Assembly (NCBI GenBank): GCA_045612885.1
Contig: JAZKZZ010000015.1
Coordinates: forward strand, 5,431 to 69,430
Source: Bacilli bacterium
Lineage (GTDB): Bacteria > Bacillota_I > Bacilli_A > RFN20 > DUOF01
Direction of reading: 5' to 3'
Length of the DNA stretch: 64,000 nucleotides
Part shown: positions 1 through 9,827 of the stretch, in pieces
Layout: every line of letters begins with the position of its first letter
How positions within the stretch are numbered: position 1 is the stretch's first letter
The notes under the pieces: generated by a model
The model's database searches: none
What the model was told of the DNA's origin: nothing
The model's input: the letters and a program-made list of their open reading frames with translations, nothing else
Made by a program: the position numbers and the translations under genes

Positions 1-2033
1 TAGATAACTTAAAAAATGGTGGTACTTTCTTATTAAATACTACTTTAAGTAAAGAAGACATTGCTAAGAGTCTACCTAATCGAATGAAAAAACAATTAGC
101 AGAAAGAAAAGCTAAGTTCTATATTATTAATGCTAGTAAAATTGCTAGAGAAGTTGGAATGGGAAGAAAAACTAATACTGTTCTTCAAAGTGCATTCTTT
201 AAACTAAATCCTGGATTAATGAATTATACTAAAGCTGTTAAATTAATGAAACAATTCGCTAAAAAAGCTTATAGTTATAAAGGTGATGAAATCGTAAAAC
301 GTAACTATGATGCAATAGACAGAGGTTGCGAATTTGAAGAAGTTTATGTAGATCCAAATTGGGTGAATTTAGAAGTTAAAGATATTAAATTAAAATCTGG
401 AGATAATTACTTTGATGAATTTGTAACTCCTATTGGTACATTAGATGGATATGATTTACCTGTATCAACATTTACTAAATATGGATTATTGGATGGTACA
501 ATGCAAAATAATGTTACATTCAAAGAAAAAAGAGAGATTGCTGAAGAAGTTCCTCATTGGATTAAAGAAAATTGTATTCAATGTAACAAGTGTGTATTTG
601 TATGTCCTCATGCTACAATTAGAGCATTCTTATTAGATGGAACTGAATATGAAGCAGCTCCAGAAGTAGTAAAACAAGAATATTTAGAAGCTATGGGTGG
701 TCCTAATGTTAAAGGACTTAAATTTAGAGTTCAAGTTGATCCTAAAAACTGTGTTGGATGTGGATTGTGTGTAACTGAATGTCCTGGAAAAGCTGGAAAT
801 AAAGCTCTTGAAATGAAACCTATTAATGATGAATTACATCAAGATGAAGGGGCTAATTATTTATATAAGAACGTTAAATATAAAACTGAATACTTCCCTA
901 CTTCTACAGTAAAAGGAATCGGATTTGCTAAACCGTATTTTGAAGTTAGTGGTTCATGTGCTGGATGTGGTGAGACTCCTTATTATAGATTATTATCACA
1001 ATTATTTGGTAAGGATATGATTATCGCTAATGCTACTGGATGCTCTTCAATTTATAGTGGGTCTACTCCTTCTACTCCATTCTGTAAAGACGAAAACAAT
1101 AATGGTATTGCCTGGGCTAACTCATTATTCGAAGATAACGCAGAATTTGGTTATGGAATGAAAGTGGCTAATGATTATAAAACTTTACAAATATTAAATG
1201 CTATAAATGATAACTTTGATGAATTAGAGCCTAAGTTACAAGAAGTATTAAAAGTATATCAAGATAACATTAATAACAGAGAAAAACAAAGAGAAATCAA
1301 AGATGAAATCATTACTTTAGTAAAAGAAAGTAAAAATGAAGGAATCAAAACTTTATTAACTTATGAAAATGATTTAGTAACTAAATCTCAATGGATTATT
1401 GGTGGAGATGGATGGGCTTATGATATCGGGTTTGGTGGATTAGACCATGTACTTGCTAATAATGAAAACGTTAACATTTTAGTGCTTGATACAGAAGTTT
1501 ATTCTAATACTGGTGGACAATCTAGTAAATCAAGTCAAACTGGATCCATAGCTAAATTTGCTGCAAGTGGTAAAAAGACCGCTAAAAAAGATTTAGCTGC
1601 TATTGCTAGAAGTTATGGACATGTATATGTAGCTCAAGTTAATATGGGTGCTAATAATATGCAAGTAATTAAAGCTATGAAAGAAGCAGAAAGTTATGAT
1701 GGCCCTTCACTAATTATTGCTTATTGTCCTTGTATTGAACATGGTATAAAGACAGGAATGTGGTCACATCAACAAGTACAAAAGAAAGCTACTGAATGTG
1801 GATACTTCAATATTTATAGATATGATCCTAGATTAAAAGAAGAAGGAAAGAATCCTCTTCAATTAGACTTTAAAGAACCTAATTTTGATAAATTTAAAGA
1901 TTTTGTATTAAATGAAACTAGATTCAATCAACTACCTAGATTAAATCCTGAAAAAGCAGAAGAATTACTAGATCTATCAGCTAAATACGCTAAACAAAGA
2001 TTCGATAAACTAGTGAAAGAAAGCCAAGATTGA
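1..2033 (+). CDS. nifJ: Pyruvate:ferredoxin (flavodoxin) oxidoreductase, C-terminal ~675 aa. The gene starts upstream of the window; the reading frame is open back to nt 3.
   Basis: Two 4Fe-4S ferredoxin motifs (CIQCNKCVFVCP, CVGCGLCVTECP). TPP-binding region GGDGWAYDIGFGG...NTGGQ. A LKNGGTFLLN-type segment is encoded before the first Met. No upstream stop in frame. Confidence 0.88.
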   Translation, partial: DNLKNGGTFLLNTTLSKEDIAKSLPNRMKKQLAERKAKFYIINASKIAREVGMGRKTNTVLQSAFFKLNPGLMNYTKAVKLMKQFAKKAYSYKGDEIVKRNYDAIDRGCEFEEVYVDPNWVNLEVKDIKLKSGDNYFDEFVTPIGTLDGYDLPVSTFTKYGLLDGTMQNNVTFKEKREIAEEVPHWIKENCIQCNKCVFVCPHATIRAFLLDGTEYEAAPEVVKQEYLEAMGGPNVKGLKFRVQVDPKNCVGCGLCVTECPGKAGNKALEMKPINDELHQDEGANYLYKNVKYKTEYFPTSTVKGIGFAKPYFEVSGSCAGCGETPYYRLLSQLFGKDMIIANATGCSSIYSGSTPSTPFCKDENNNGIAWANSLFEDNAEFGYGMKVANDYKTLQILNAINDNFDELEPKLQEVLKVYQDNINNREKQREIKDEIITLVKESKNEGIKTLLTYENDLVTKSQWIIGGDGWAYDIGFGGLDHVLANNENVNILVLDTEVYSNTGGQSSKSSQTGSIAKFAASGKKTAKKDLAAIARSYGHVYVAQVNMGANNMQVIKAMKEAESYDGPSLIIAYCPCIEHGIKTGMWSHQQVQKKATECGYFNIYRYDPRLKEEGKNPLQLDFKEPNFDKFKDFVLNETRFNQLPRLNPEKAEELLDLSAKYAKQRFDKLVKESQD

Positions 2034-2569
2034 TGAATATATGGCACGACATAGATGATTCTAGAATTAAAGAAGAATCATTTATTGTATGTATAGAAAT
2101 CTCTAAAGGTAGTAAGAAAAAATATGAGTTAGATAAAGAAACTGGTTTAATAATTTTAGATAGGATACTTTATACATCTACCCATTACCCTGCAAATTAC
2201 GGTTTTATCCCTAAAACGTACGCAGAAGATGATGATCCACTTGATGTATTAGTATTATGCCAAGAATCACTAGAGCCACTATCTCTAGTAAAATGTAGAC
2301 CACTTGGAGTAGTCAAAATGATTGATAGTGGCGCTGTAGATGAAAAGATTATTTCTGTAGTAGAAAATGATCCTTTCATGGCAAACTATAAAACCATTGA
2401 TGACTTGCCTTCACATATGATTGAAGAAATGATGCATTTTTTCAGAGTATATAAACAACTTGAAGGTAAAGACACATATATAGAAAAAGTAGAAAATATA
2501 GATAGTGCGAAAAATATAATTAATAATTGTATTAAAAGTTATCAAATTAAATTTAAAAATAAAAAATAG
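2030..2569 (+). CDS. ppa: Inorganic pyrophosphatase (family I)
   Basis: DDDPLDVLVL and YPANYGFIP motifs. 179 aa. ATGA overlap with the upstream PFOR stop. Confidence 0.9.
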   Translation: MMNIWHDIDDSRIKEESFIVCIEISKGSKKKYELDKETGLIILDRILYTSTHYPANYGFIPKTYAEDDDPLDVLVLCQESLEPLSLVKCRPLGVVKMIDSGAVDEKIISVVENDPFMANYKTIDDLPSHMIEEMMHFFRVYKQLEGKDTYIEKVENIDSAKNIINNCIKSYQIKFKNKK

Positions 2570-2594
2570 GAATTCAAACGAATTCCTTTTTTTT
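2568..2594. terminator. Bidirectional rho-independent terminator between ppa (+) and the DUF4116 gene (-)
   Basis: ggaattc-aaac-gaattcc hairpin flanked by an A-run on the left and T8 on the right. Confidence 0.7.
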
Positions 2595-3537
2595 ATCTTT
2601 TATTAGTTGAATCTTTAATTACACTTTCTTTAGACTTTTTCTCGCTCAACTCTTCAAATATTTTGTATTCTCTTCGTAAAGAGGATAAAGCTTTAGACTT
2701 ACTGTTTTTAACTTTTTTAGTCTCACTATTTTTATTTTCATTAGCAGCCGCTACAACATCAGGATCATTTTTCATTTCAGGGCTTACGAATCGTATATAA
2801 TATGGATTTTGGCTCACTGCTGCTAGTACAACATCTCTATCACCTTTCAATTCTTCGCTTATGAATCTTATAGAACCTGGCTCATTAGCCACTGCCGCTA
2901 GCGCCACATCTTTATCTCCTTTTAGTTCTTCGCTCGCGTATTGTAAAGCAAATCCATAATTTTTAACTGCCGCCATCACCACCTCTTTATCATTTCTTAG
3001 TTCTTCACTAAGGTACATCAAAGACTCTCCGTTATTATCAAGAGCAGCAAATATTACTTCCCTATCTTTCTTTAACTCTTCACTGGCATAGTTTATAGCA
3101 TTACCTGTATTACTGACTGCCGCTAAAACTACTTCCTTATCATTTTTCAACTTTTCACTGGCATAACGTAAAGCATAACCATCTTTACTAACGGCTGCTA
3201 ATATTACATCTTTATCGCTTCGAAGTTTATCCCCAACATACACCAAAACAGCAGGATTGCGCTTAACTGCCAACAATACCACTTCTTTGTCATTTCGTAG
3301 TTGTTCTCCTGCATATCCGAGCGCAATTCCTTGCTTACTAACAGCAAACTGCACCAACTCTTTGTCATTTCGTAGTTCTTCGCTAGCCCATCTTAAAAAT
3401 GAAGCGTCAACATCTAATAAAGCCAACACAACATCTCTATCCGATAACGCCTCTTTTGTCAAAAATGACTCATAGAAAGTTGGATCTGAATTTTTTATTT
3501 TCTCTATATATATCTTTTTTTCTTCATTAGATAGCAT
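2593..3537 (-). CDS. DUF4116-type repeat protein (seven to eight ~36-aa repeats)
   Basis: Recurring L(R/K)NDKEVVLAAV..G.AL.YASEEL units typical of DUF4116. No signal peptide. Confidence 0.7.
   Translation of the reverse strand: MLSNEEKKIYIEKIKNSDPTFYESFLTKEALSDRDVVLALLDVDASFLRWASEELRNDKELVQFAVSKQGIALGYAGEQLRNDKEVVLLAVKRNPAVLVYVGDKLRSDKDVILAAVSKDGYALRYASEKLKNDKEVVLAAVSNTGNAINYASEELKKDREVIFAALDNNGESLMYLSEELRNDKEVVMAAVKNYGFALQYASEELKGDKDVALAAVANEPGSIRFISEELKGDRDVVLAAVSQNPYYIRFVSPEMKNDPDVVAAANENKNSETKKVKNSKSKALSSLRREYKIFEELSEKKSKESVIKDSTNKR
2728..3390 (-). repeat. Intragenic tandem DNA repeat, ~108-nt period, encoding the DUF4116 repeats
   Basis: Visible periodicity in the DNA: variants of ttcttcact-gcata-cgtaaagc... 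recur about every 108 nt. Confidence 0.55.
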
Positions 3538-3650
3538 GTTAAACCCTCCATCAAATATTATCTATTATTTATTTTAGCTTTTGATATTATCCAAATCAAG
3601 AAAGTTTTCAAGATTACCACATATCATACTTTTATAAAAATAAATTATTT

Positions 3651-4316
3651 TTATTCATTATTCCAATCAATTTCTTCTCTATTATGATTCTTTAGAAATT
3701 CATTTGCTTTAGAGAAATGCTTACACCCAAAAAAGCCATTATAAGCACTAAGAGGAGATGGATGAACTGTCTCTAATACTAAATGATGTGGGTTAGTAAT
3801 TAAAGCCTTTTTAGTTCTAGATGGTCCTCCCCATAAAATAAACACTTTTGGAGTATCATCATCATTTAATTGCTTAATTACTCTATCAGTAAATATTTCC
3901 CATCCTTTATTTTTATGAGCCATGGGTTTAGAATCTACAACACTCATAATTGTATTCAATAATAAAACACCTTGTTTAGCCCATTTAGTTAAATCACCAT
4001 GATTAGGTATGTTATATCCTAAATCACTATTAATTTCTTTATATATATTAACTAAACTTGGAGGTACTTTAATTCCCTTATTAACTGAAAAACATAATCC
4101 ATGAGCTTGATTAACTTGATGATATGGATCTTGCCCTAAAATAACAACTTTAACATCTTTAAAATCAGTTAATTCAAAACATCTAAATATATCTTTTTTA
4201 GCAGGATATACAGTCTTTGTATTATATTCATTAACTAAAAATGATTTTAAATTTTGAAAGTACTCTTGTGCTATTTCATTGTCTATAAATTCTTGCCAAC
4301 CATTTGTAATTTTCAT
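3651..4316 (-). CDS. ung: Uracil-DNA glycosylase (family 1)
   Basis: GQDPYH water-activating motif and HPSPLS leucine-intercalation loop. 221 aa. Confidence 0.9.
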   Translation of the reverse strand: MKITNGWQEFIDNEIAQEYFQNLKSFLVNEYNTKTVYPAKKDIFRCFELTDFKDVKVVILGQDPYHQVNQAHGLCFSVNKGIKVPPSLVNIYKEINSDLGYNIPNHGDLTKWAKQGVLLLNTIMSVVDSKPMAHKNKGWEIFTDRVIKQLNDDDTPKVFILWGGPSRTKKALITNPHHLVLETVHPSPLSAYNGFFGCKHFSKANEFLKNHNREEIDWNNE

Positions 4317-4374
4317 ATTATCACCATAAATATGATACTATAAAAAACGATAAATAAAAAGGTATAAATTCTAT

Positions 4375-6276
4375 TTATACCCTATTATTTTTATGTTTAT
4401 TTATCTGCTTTAAAATTTCTTTTTTTAATATTTTTTGAAGTTCGACATTCACACCTGTTTCTTTAAGAAATAATTCTAAACCTTCAACAAAATCTTCAAC
4501 TCCATTTTCCCAATTCTTATAAATATCCATTTCTCCATGTTTATTTTTTCTAACTTTATTTAAACCATTATATTTATGAAGATGAGTGGTGGTGTCAATC
4601 TTTACAGCTCCTGTGTTTTTATGAGTTCCCTTCTTAATATAATTATCCATTCTTAAAATCTGAATTCTATTACTAATCTCAGGTCCTACTAACAAGTTTA
4701 ATTGAATTTCAAATTTAGTTTTATCTTGAGTAATATCATTTATATCAATATGTAATAGATAATAATTAGCATTATCTTTATCTTTTCTTATCATCGTACC
4801 ATTTTGATTTTTCAAAACTATTCCTAATCGAAGTTTATTATCTACCTTATTAACTTTAATGTCTTCTAGTGAGTATAAACGAGGCAATCTCAATATAGCT
4901 TCATCTGGTACTATAAAATCACTTTGAACTTCTGAAAAGGCAGTACTATTTATTTTGTTTTCATCCTGATATAAATCATTCAAATTTTCCTCTAACTTAT
5001 TTATATCTTCTTCTTTCCACTTTAAATACTTTTTCACTAACCAATTTAAAATAATAGTATTATTAGTTTCTAATAAATATTTCAAATTTTTAGCAAAAAC
5101 AAGATCATTATATAAATCTAAATCTATTCCTTTATTATCTTTTTTGCTTATCAATTGCAAGTTATATATTGATGGGCTATTAGGGTAAAATTTGCTAGCA
5201 ATATGATGAAATAATGCTTCACTATAACCAAGTTGCATTACCCTCATTAAATATTTTGATTGTTCTTTAGGATCATTTAAGTTAGCGTCTTTTAAATCTT
5301 GATAAATATCAGCATTATACTTTTCTTTATAAGCTAGTTCCAATTTGTTAATTACTGGATATGGTATATACATCAATCTATTTATATCTTCTTGAGATAT
5401 TTCTTTTAATAAACCATTTTTACAAGCAAAATAAATAAGTTCAATCATTTGATTAAAGTTAATATCTTCAGTATTATCGAGTTTCTTATAACTTTTAAAG
5501 CCAATTTCTATGAATTTTAAAATAAGATCCAATTCCTCTAAATTCTCTTTCAAATACTCCACTTTAAGAGATTTTTCTAATCTTATCGAATCATTAATTA
5601 CAATATTTCTAAGATATTCACGATATTTTTTACTAGCATTACCTTCTTTAATTTCACTTTCTAATATCTTTCTAATTTCAAATAATAAATGATCGCTTTC
5701 TATAAGGTCTGGATACATTCCTTTTACTTTTACATTTGAAAGGGCGCGTCTAACTTTATTTTGAAGTATATCTATTGTTCTTTTGAAACATCTTATATTT
5801 TCTTCATCAGTTTCATCAATCACTTCACTTGTAAATGGCTGAAATCTACCACTAACCACATTACAATAATTATCTATTTCTGCTCTAAATTGTGCTTTAG
5901 CTTGTTCATCTAATGCCTTATATACTTGTAATATATTCGTGTATAAAGCTGGCAATGAACGCAATGTATTATCAGAATAAATAGCTAAAGTATCTTTTAT
6001 AGAAAAACCATTTTTCTTAACAAATTCATATAACTCACTATATAGTCTAAATGACTTTTGCATATATATAAGCTTATATGAAAAAATATCAGAATTCAGT
6101 TCGCTAATATACTCTTCTTCTTTTTTACTAAGTGAAATATTATATTTATTTAATAATTGTTGATATGACTCTATAGAGTCTGAATCAGATGAAGCAACAA
6201 GTAATTCATCTAGTAATTGATGAAGCGGAAGTTTATTATCTTTAAATAATAAAGAATATATTGTTTCTTTACTCAT
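4375..6276 (-). CDS. Hypothetical protein, 633 aa. No recognisable domain.
   Basis: Long uninterrupted ORF with host-like codon usage. No TM segment or signal peptide. Confidence 0.6.
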   Translation of the reverse strand: MSKETIYSLLFKDNKLPLHQLLDELLVASSDSDSIESYQQLLNKYNISLSKKEEEYISELNSDIFSYKLIYMQKSFRLYSELYEFVKKNGFSIKDTLAIYSDNTLRSLPALYTNILQVYKALDEQAKAQFRAEIDNYCNVVSGRFQPFTSEVIDETDEENIRCFKRTIDILQNKVRRALSNVKVKGMYPDLIESDHLLFEIRKILESEIKEGNASKKYREYLRNIVINDSIRLEKSLKVEYLKENLEELDLILKFIEIGFKSYKKLDNTEDINFNQMIELIYFACKNGLLKEISQEDINRLMYIPYPVINKLELAYKEKYNADIYQDLKDANLNDPKEQSKYLMRVMQLGYSEALFHHIASKFYPNSPSIYNLQLISKKDNKGIDLDLYNDLVFAKNLKYLLETNNTIILNWLVKKYLKWKEEDINKLEENLNDLYQDENKINSTAFSEVQSDFIVPDEAILRLPRLYSLEDIKVNKVDNKLRLGIVLKNQNGTMIRKDKDNANYYLLHIDINDITQDKTKFEIQLNLLVGPEISNRIQILRMDNYIKKGTHKNTGAVKIDTTTHLHKYNGLNKVRKNKHGEMDIYKNWENGVEDFVEGLELFLKETGVNVELQKILKKEILKQINKHKNNRV

Positions 6277-6377
6277 AGCATCACCTTCTACAAATAATTA
6301 TATATTATATTATAGTTTCAATCAAATAAAAAAACAGCCTATAATCACAGGCTGTCTCATATTTTAAAATTATATAT

Positions 6378-7229
6378 CTATATATTAGAATAATAGTTCT
6401 TTCTTTTTTCTTTAGAAAATCTATTCTTAAATCCTACCATTACTTTTTGATACCATTTAATACCAATAACTCTTTCCTTAATTAATCTTTGTATTAACTC
6501 CTTAGCAACTTTATATCCTATATTCATTCTTTCTATGCATCTACTAGCCACAAAATCTAAGGTTCCATCTTTTAACCCTTGGTTATTACTACTACTAACA
6601 AAATCAATAATTAAAGTATTATCATCACTATATTTATATGCATCACTTGTTTCTTTTAAAGGAACTACAAATATAAGATTACATCCTTTATTTTTCAATG
6701 TTTCAACGGGAGTATTATTAACAACTCCTCCATCCATATATTTTATTCCATCTATTACAACAGGTTCAAAAACAATTGGAATAGCACTACTTGCTAATAA
6801 ATATTTGATTATATCATCTTTATTTTTACCATTAACTTTAAATTCTGTAGGCGCATCTTTTATCTTTCTAGTCAAAGGTGTTGCTACTATATAACACTCA
6901 ACTTTTGATTTACTGATTTTCTCAAAATTCATATTATCATTAGCAAGTTTTACAAAACCATCTCTAGAAAAGATACTTCTATTTCTTATTTTACTAGTAA
7001 AACTAGTTTTACTTAAGGCAACATCTTTACTCATATTACCCCAAATATTAATAGCACCATCTACATCCTTTTCTAACACTTTCATAGCATTTAATGCTCC
7101 AATTGAGGTTCCACTAACACAATCAATATGTTTTAATAATTTATATTCTTTTAGAGCTTTTAAAACACCTACTTGATAAGCACCTTTAGCTCCTCCACCA
7201 CCTAAAACTAGTCCTATTTTATTTTTCAT
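6378..7229 (-). CDS. Patatin-like phospholipase
   Basis: Oxyanion loop GLVLGGGGAKGAYQVG near the N-terminus. GTSIG (GxSxG) nucleophile elbow. DGG catalytic Asp motif. Confidence 0.85.
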   Translation of the reverse strand: MKNKIGLVLGGGGAKGAYQVGVLKALKEYKLLKHIDCVSGTSIGALNAMKVLEKDVDGAINIWGNMSKDVALSKTSFTSKIRNRSIFSRDGFVKLANDNMNFEKISKSKVECYIVATPLTRKIKDAPTEFKVNGKNKDDIIKYLLASSAIPIVFEPVVIDGIKYMDGGVVNNTPVETLKNKGCNLIFVVPLKETSDAYKYSDDNTLIIDFVSSSNNQGLKDGTLDFVASRCIERMNIGYKVAKELIQRLIKERVIGIKWYQKVMVGFKNRFSKEKRKNYYSNI

Positions 7230-7231
7230 AT

Positions 7232-8335
7232 CTATACATTAAACTTAAAGAACATGATATCTCCATCCTTAACAACATATTCTTTTCCTTCTATTCTTAG
7301 TTTTCCATTTTCTTTAACTTTTAATTCGCTTTTATAATTCATAATATCTTCATAAGTATAGACTTCAGCTTTAATAAATCCTCGTTTAAAATCGGTATGA
7401 ATAATACCTGCACAATCTGGGGCATTCATTCCCTTTTTAAAAGTCCAAGCTCTAACTTCATCGCTTCCACATGTAAAATATGTTTCAAGTCCTAACAATG
7501 AATACATGGCTTTAGTTAACTTATCTAATCCAGATTCTTCAATTCCAAGCTCACTTAAAAATTCTTGTTTTTCTTCATCCTCTAAAGTTGCTAAATCAGA
7601 CTCTATTTGCGCACTGATTGGTAAAACTAAACTATTTTCTTGTTTAGCATATTCTACTAATTTGTTATATTCTGCATTACTAGTAGGATTACTAACTTCA
7701 CTTTCATTTAAATTAGCAACATAAATAATTGGTTTTAAACTTAACAAATTAAAATTCCTTACTAATAATAATTCTTTTTCATCTAAAGTTAATGATCTTA
7801 AATTTTTCCCTTCAAGTAATGCATTTTTTAATTTCATTAAAGTTTCATATTCAAATACTGCTTCTTTCTCTTTGCTAGTAATTGCTTTTTTATATACTTT
7901 TTCAATTCTTTTTTCTACAATTTCCAAATCAGAAAAAACAAGCTCTAAATTAATAATTTCTACATCTCTAATTGCATCAACACTACCTTCAACGTGAAGT
8001 ATTTCATTATTTTCAAAACATCTTACCACTTGGCAAATCGCATCAGTTTCTCTAATATTGCTTAAAAATTTATTTCCCAATCCTTCACCTTTACTAGCAC
8101 CTTTTACTAAACCTGCAATATCTACAAATTCTAAAGTCGCTCTTATAACCTTTTTTGGACTAAATAAAGGCACCATATCATCAATTCTTTTATCTTTTAC
8201 TTCCACTACTCCACTATTTGGCTCAATTGTAGCAAAAGGGTAATTTGCCGCCTCTACTTGACTTAATGTAATTGCATTAAATAATGTTGATTTACCAACA
8301 TTTGGCATTCCTACTATTCCTGCTTTTAATCCCAT
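7232..8335 (-). CDS. ychF: Ribosome-binding ATPase YchF (Obg-family GTPase)
   Basis: G1 motif GIVGMPNVGKST. TGS-like C-terminal domain. 367 aa. Confidence 0.9.
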   Translation of the reverse strand: MGLKAGIVGMPNVGKSTLFNAITLSQVEAANYPFATIEPNSGVVEVKDKRIDDMVPLFSPKKVIRATLEFVDIAGLVKGASKGEGLGNKFLSNIRETDAICQVVRCFENNEILHVEGSVDAIRDVEIINLELVFSDLEIVEKRIEKVYKKAITSKEKEAVFEYETLMKLKNALLEGKNLRSLTLDEKELLLVRNFNLLSLKPIIYVANLNESEVSNPTSNAEYNKLVEYAKQENSLVLPISAQIESDLATLEDEEKQEFLSELGIEESGLDKLTKAMYSLLGLETYFTCGSDEVRAWTFKKGMNAPDCAGIIHTDFKRGFIKAEVYTYEDIMNYKSELKVKENGKLRIEGKEYVVKDGDIMFFKFNV

Positions 8336-8366
8336 ATTATTTCAACTCCCTTGCTATTATATCACA

Positions 8367-9827
8367 CTATATACCCAAATACTCTTTTATTTTCATCTTT
8401 GTATAATTACTATTACTAAATTCTAACCAAGATTTATCTATACTAACTTTAGAACCATATTTAACAGTAATTATACACCCATTTTTTAATTGCGTGCTAA
8501 AATCACATTCTAGTCCATTAATTAACAATCTTGTAATTCTAGAAGCACTTATACTATCTACTTTAAAAGCGAAATCTAGAGCTGTAGCTCCTATTGGAAG
8601 TACAATTACTTCTCCTTTAGTAGAATACACATAGATATATCTACTCTTATTGAATACATCCTCTTCTAGAATCTTTACATAAGTATTAGAATCCACACCA
8701 TCAACCATATTAATCCTATCTAACTCTTTTATGATAGTTAAGTGATTTCTTATATCTTCTTGCTCTTTTTCTTTTGAATACCCTTTCTTTTCATTATATT
8801 TCCACTTACTTGCTACACCCTCAGTATATATACTTTTCATCACTTTAGTAGAAATGGCAATCTTAATAGGATTTCCACTTGGCCCAATAACAATTGTATG
8901 CAATGCTTGATACATATTATATTTAGGTGAAGAAATATAATCTTTTAGTTTACCAATAAGAGGAGTATAGATTGAGTGAACTACTCCTAAAGCTAAATAA
9001 CAATCTAGATTATCTTCTACTACTATATTAATAACATCTATATCTTCAATTTCTTCAATATTACCAACATAATTAATATATTTATAAATCTTATATATCT
9101 CTTTATTTGTATGATATACATCATTATCTATCCCTACACTTTTTAAAGCTATACTAAGATTTTTATTCATCATTTCAATACCAATTCTATGAGTATTATT
9201 GTGCTCCTTTAGATAATCTGTTATATAAACATATTTCTCATTATCTAAATAATACAAGCATAATTCTTCTAATTCTTTAGCAATAGCATTTAATCCTAAA
9301 TATCTAGCAACAGGTGCATATAGTTCCATGGTTTGTTTAGAAATAGTTATTTGCTTCTTCTTCTCCATAGCAGCTAAAGTTCTCATATTATTCAATCTGT
9401 CAGCAAGTTTTATAATAATTACTCTTACATCATCTCTCATCAAATTAAATAATTTTTGCACTGTCTTATTTTTATTATCTTTTTCTTCACTACTAACTTT
9501 AGTAACAGCTTCTACTAAATCTGCTACATCTTTAGAAAACTCATCTTCTATAGTCTTATAGGTAATATTCTCGATATCTTCAATTGTATCATGTAACAAA
9601 GTAGCCACTATTGTGTTAGGACCAGCATGTAAATCTACTACTATATCACTAGCATCTAATAAATGAGTTAAATATGGACTCCCATCTTTTCTTAAAATAC
9701 CCTCAAAAGCATTCTTAGCAAAACTATAAGCATGCTTTATCGCCAACAAGTCTTCACTATTTTGAATATACTCTAATATTTTTTGATAAATTCCCTCAAA
9801 TTTTAAATCCATATCCATCACACACAC
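8367..9827 (-). CDS. Short RelA/SpoT homologue: HD hydrolase, (p)ppGpp synthetase and TGS domains, no C-terminal regulatory domains
   Basis: HD region HLLDASDIVVDL...LLHDTIED...LVEAVTKV. Synthetase block DCYLALGVVHSIYTPLIGKLKDYISSPKYNMYQALHTIVIGP. TGS-like segment VIVLPIGATALDFAF. The ORF stops 31 nt before ychF. Confidence 0.75.
   Translation of the reverse strand: MCVMDMDLKFEGIYQKILEYIQNSEDLLAIKHAYSFAKNAFEGILRKDGSPYLTHLLDASDIVVDLHAGPNTIVATLLHDTIEDIENITYKTIEDEFSKDVADLVEAVTKVSSEEKDNKNKTVQKLFNLMRDDVRVIIIKLADRLNNMRTLAAMEKKKQITISKQTMELYAPVARYLGLNAIAKELEELCLYYLDNEKYVYITDYLKEHNNTHRIGIEMMNKNLSIALKSVGIDNDVYHTNKEIYKIYKYINYVGNIEEIEDIDVINIVVEDNLDCYLALGVVHSIYTPLIGKLKDYISSPKYNMYQALHTIVIGPSGNPIKIAISTKVMKSIYTEGVASKWKYNEKKGYSKEKEQEDIRNHLTIIKELDRINMVDGVDSNTYVKILEEDVFNKSRYIYVYSTKGEVIVLPIGATALDFAFKVDSISASRITRLLINGLECDFSTQLKNGCIITVKYGSKVSIDKSWLEFSNSNYTKMKIKEYLGI

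Noticed and set aside
445-636. Short ORFs (60-140 aa) embedded in or antisense to long conserved genes. Examples: 445-636, 2197-2379, 3257-3475, 5510-5692, 6535-6894, 7506-7724, 8058-8243, 9328-9561, 19091-19273, 19859-20146, 22233-22571, 28292-28555, 29840-30025, 31910-32107, 32583-32903, 35170-35418, 36247-36435, 37189-37434, 46367-46558, 47992-48279, 48901-49092, 49588-49776, 50175-50588, 52016-52234, 58125-58367, 63185-63370.
   Set aside because: They are shadow ORFs inside genes with clear homology-type motifs on the other frame or strand. Their translations are low-complexity (S/L/I/F-rich), which is typical of wrong-frame reading of AT-rich coding DNA.
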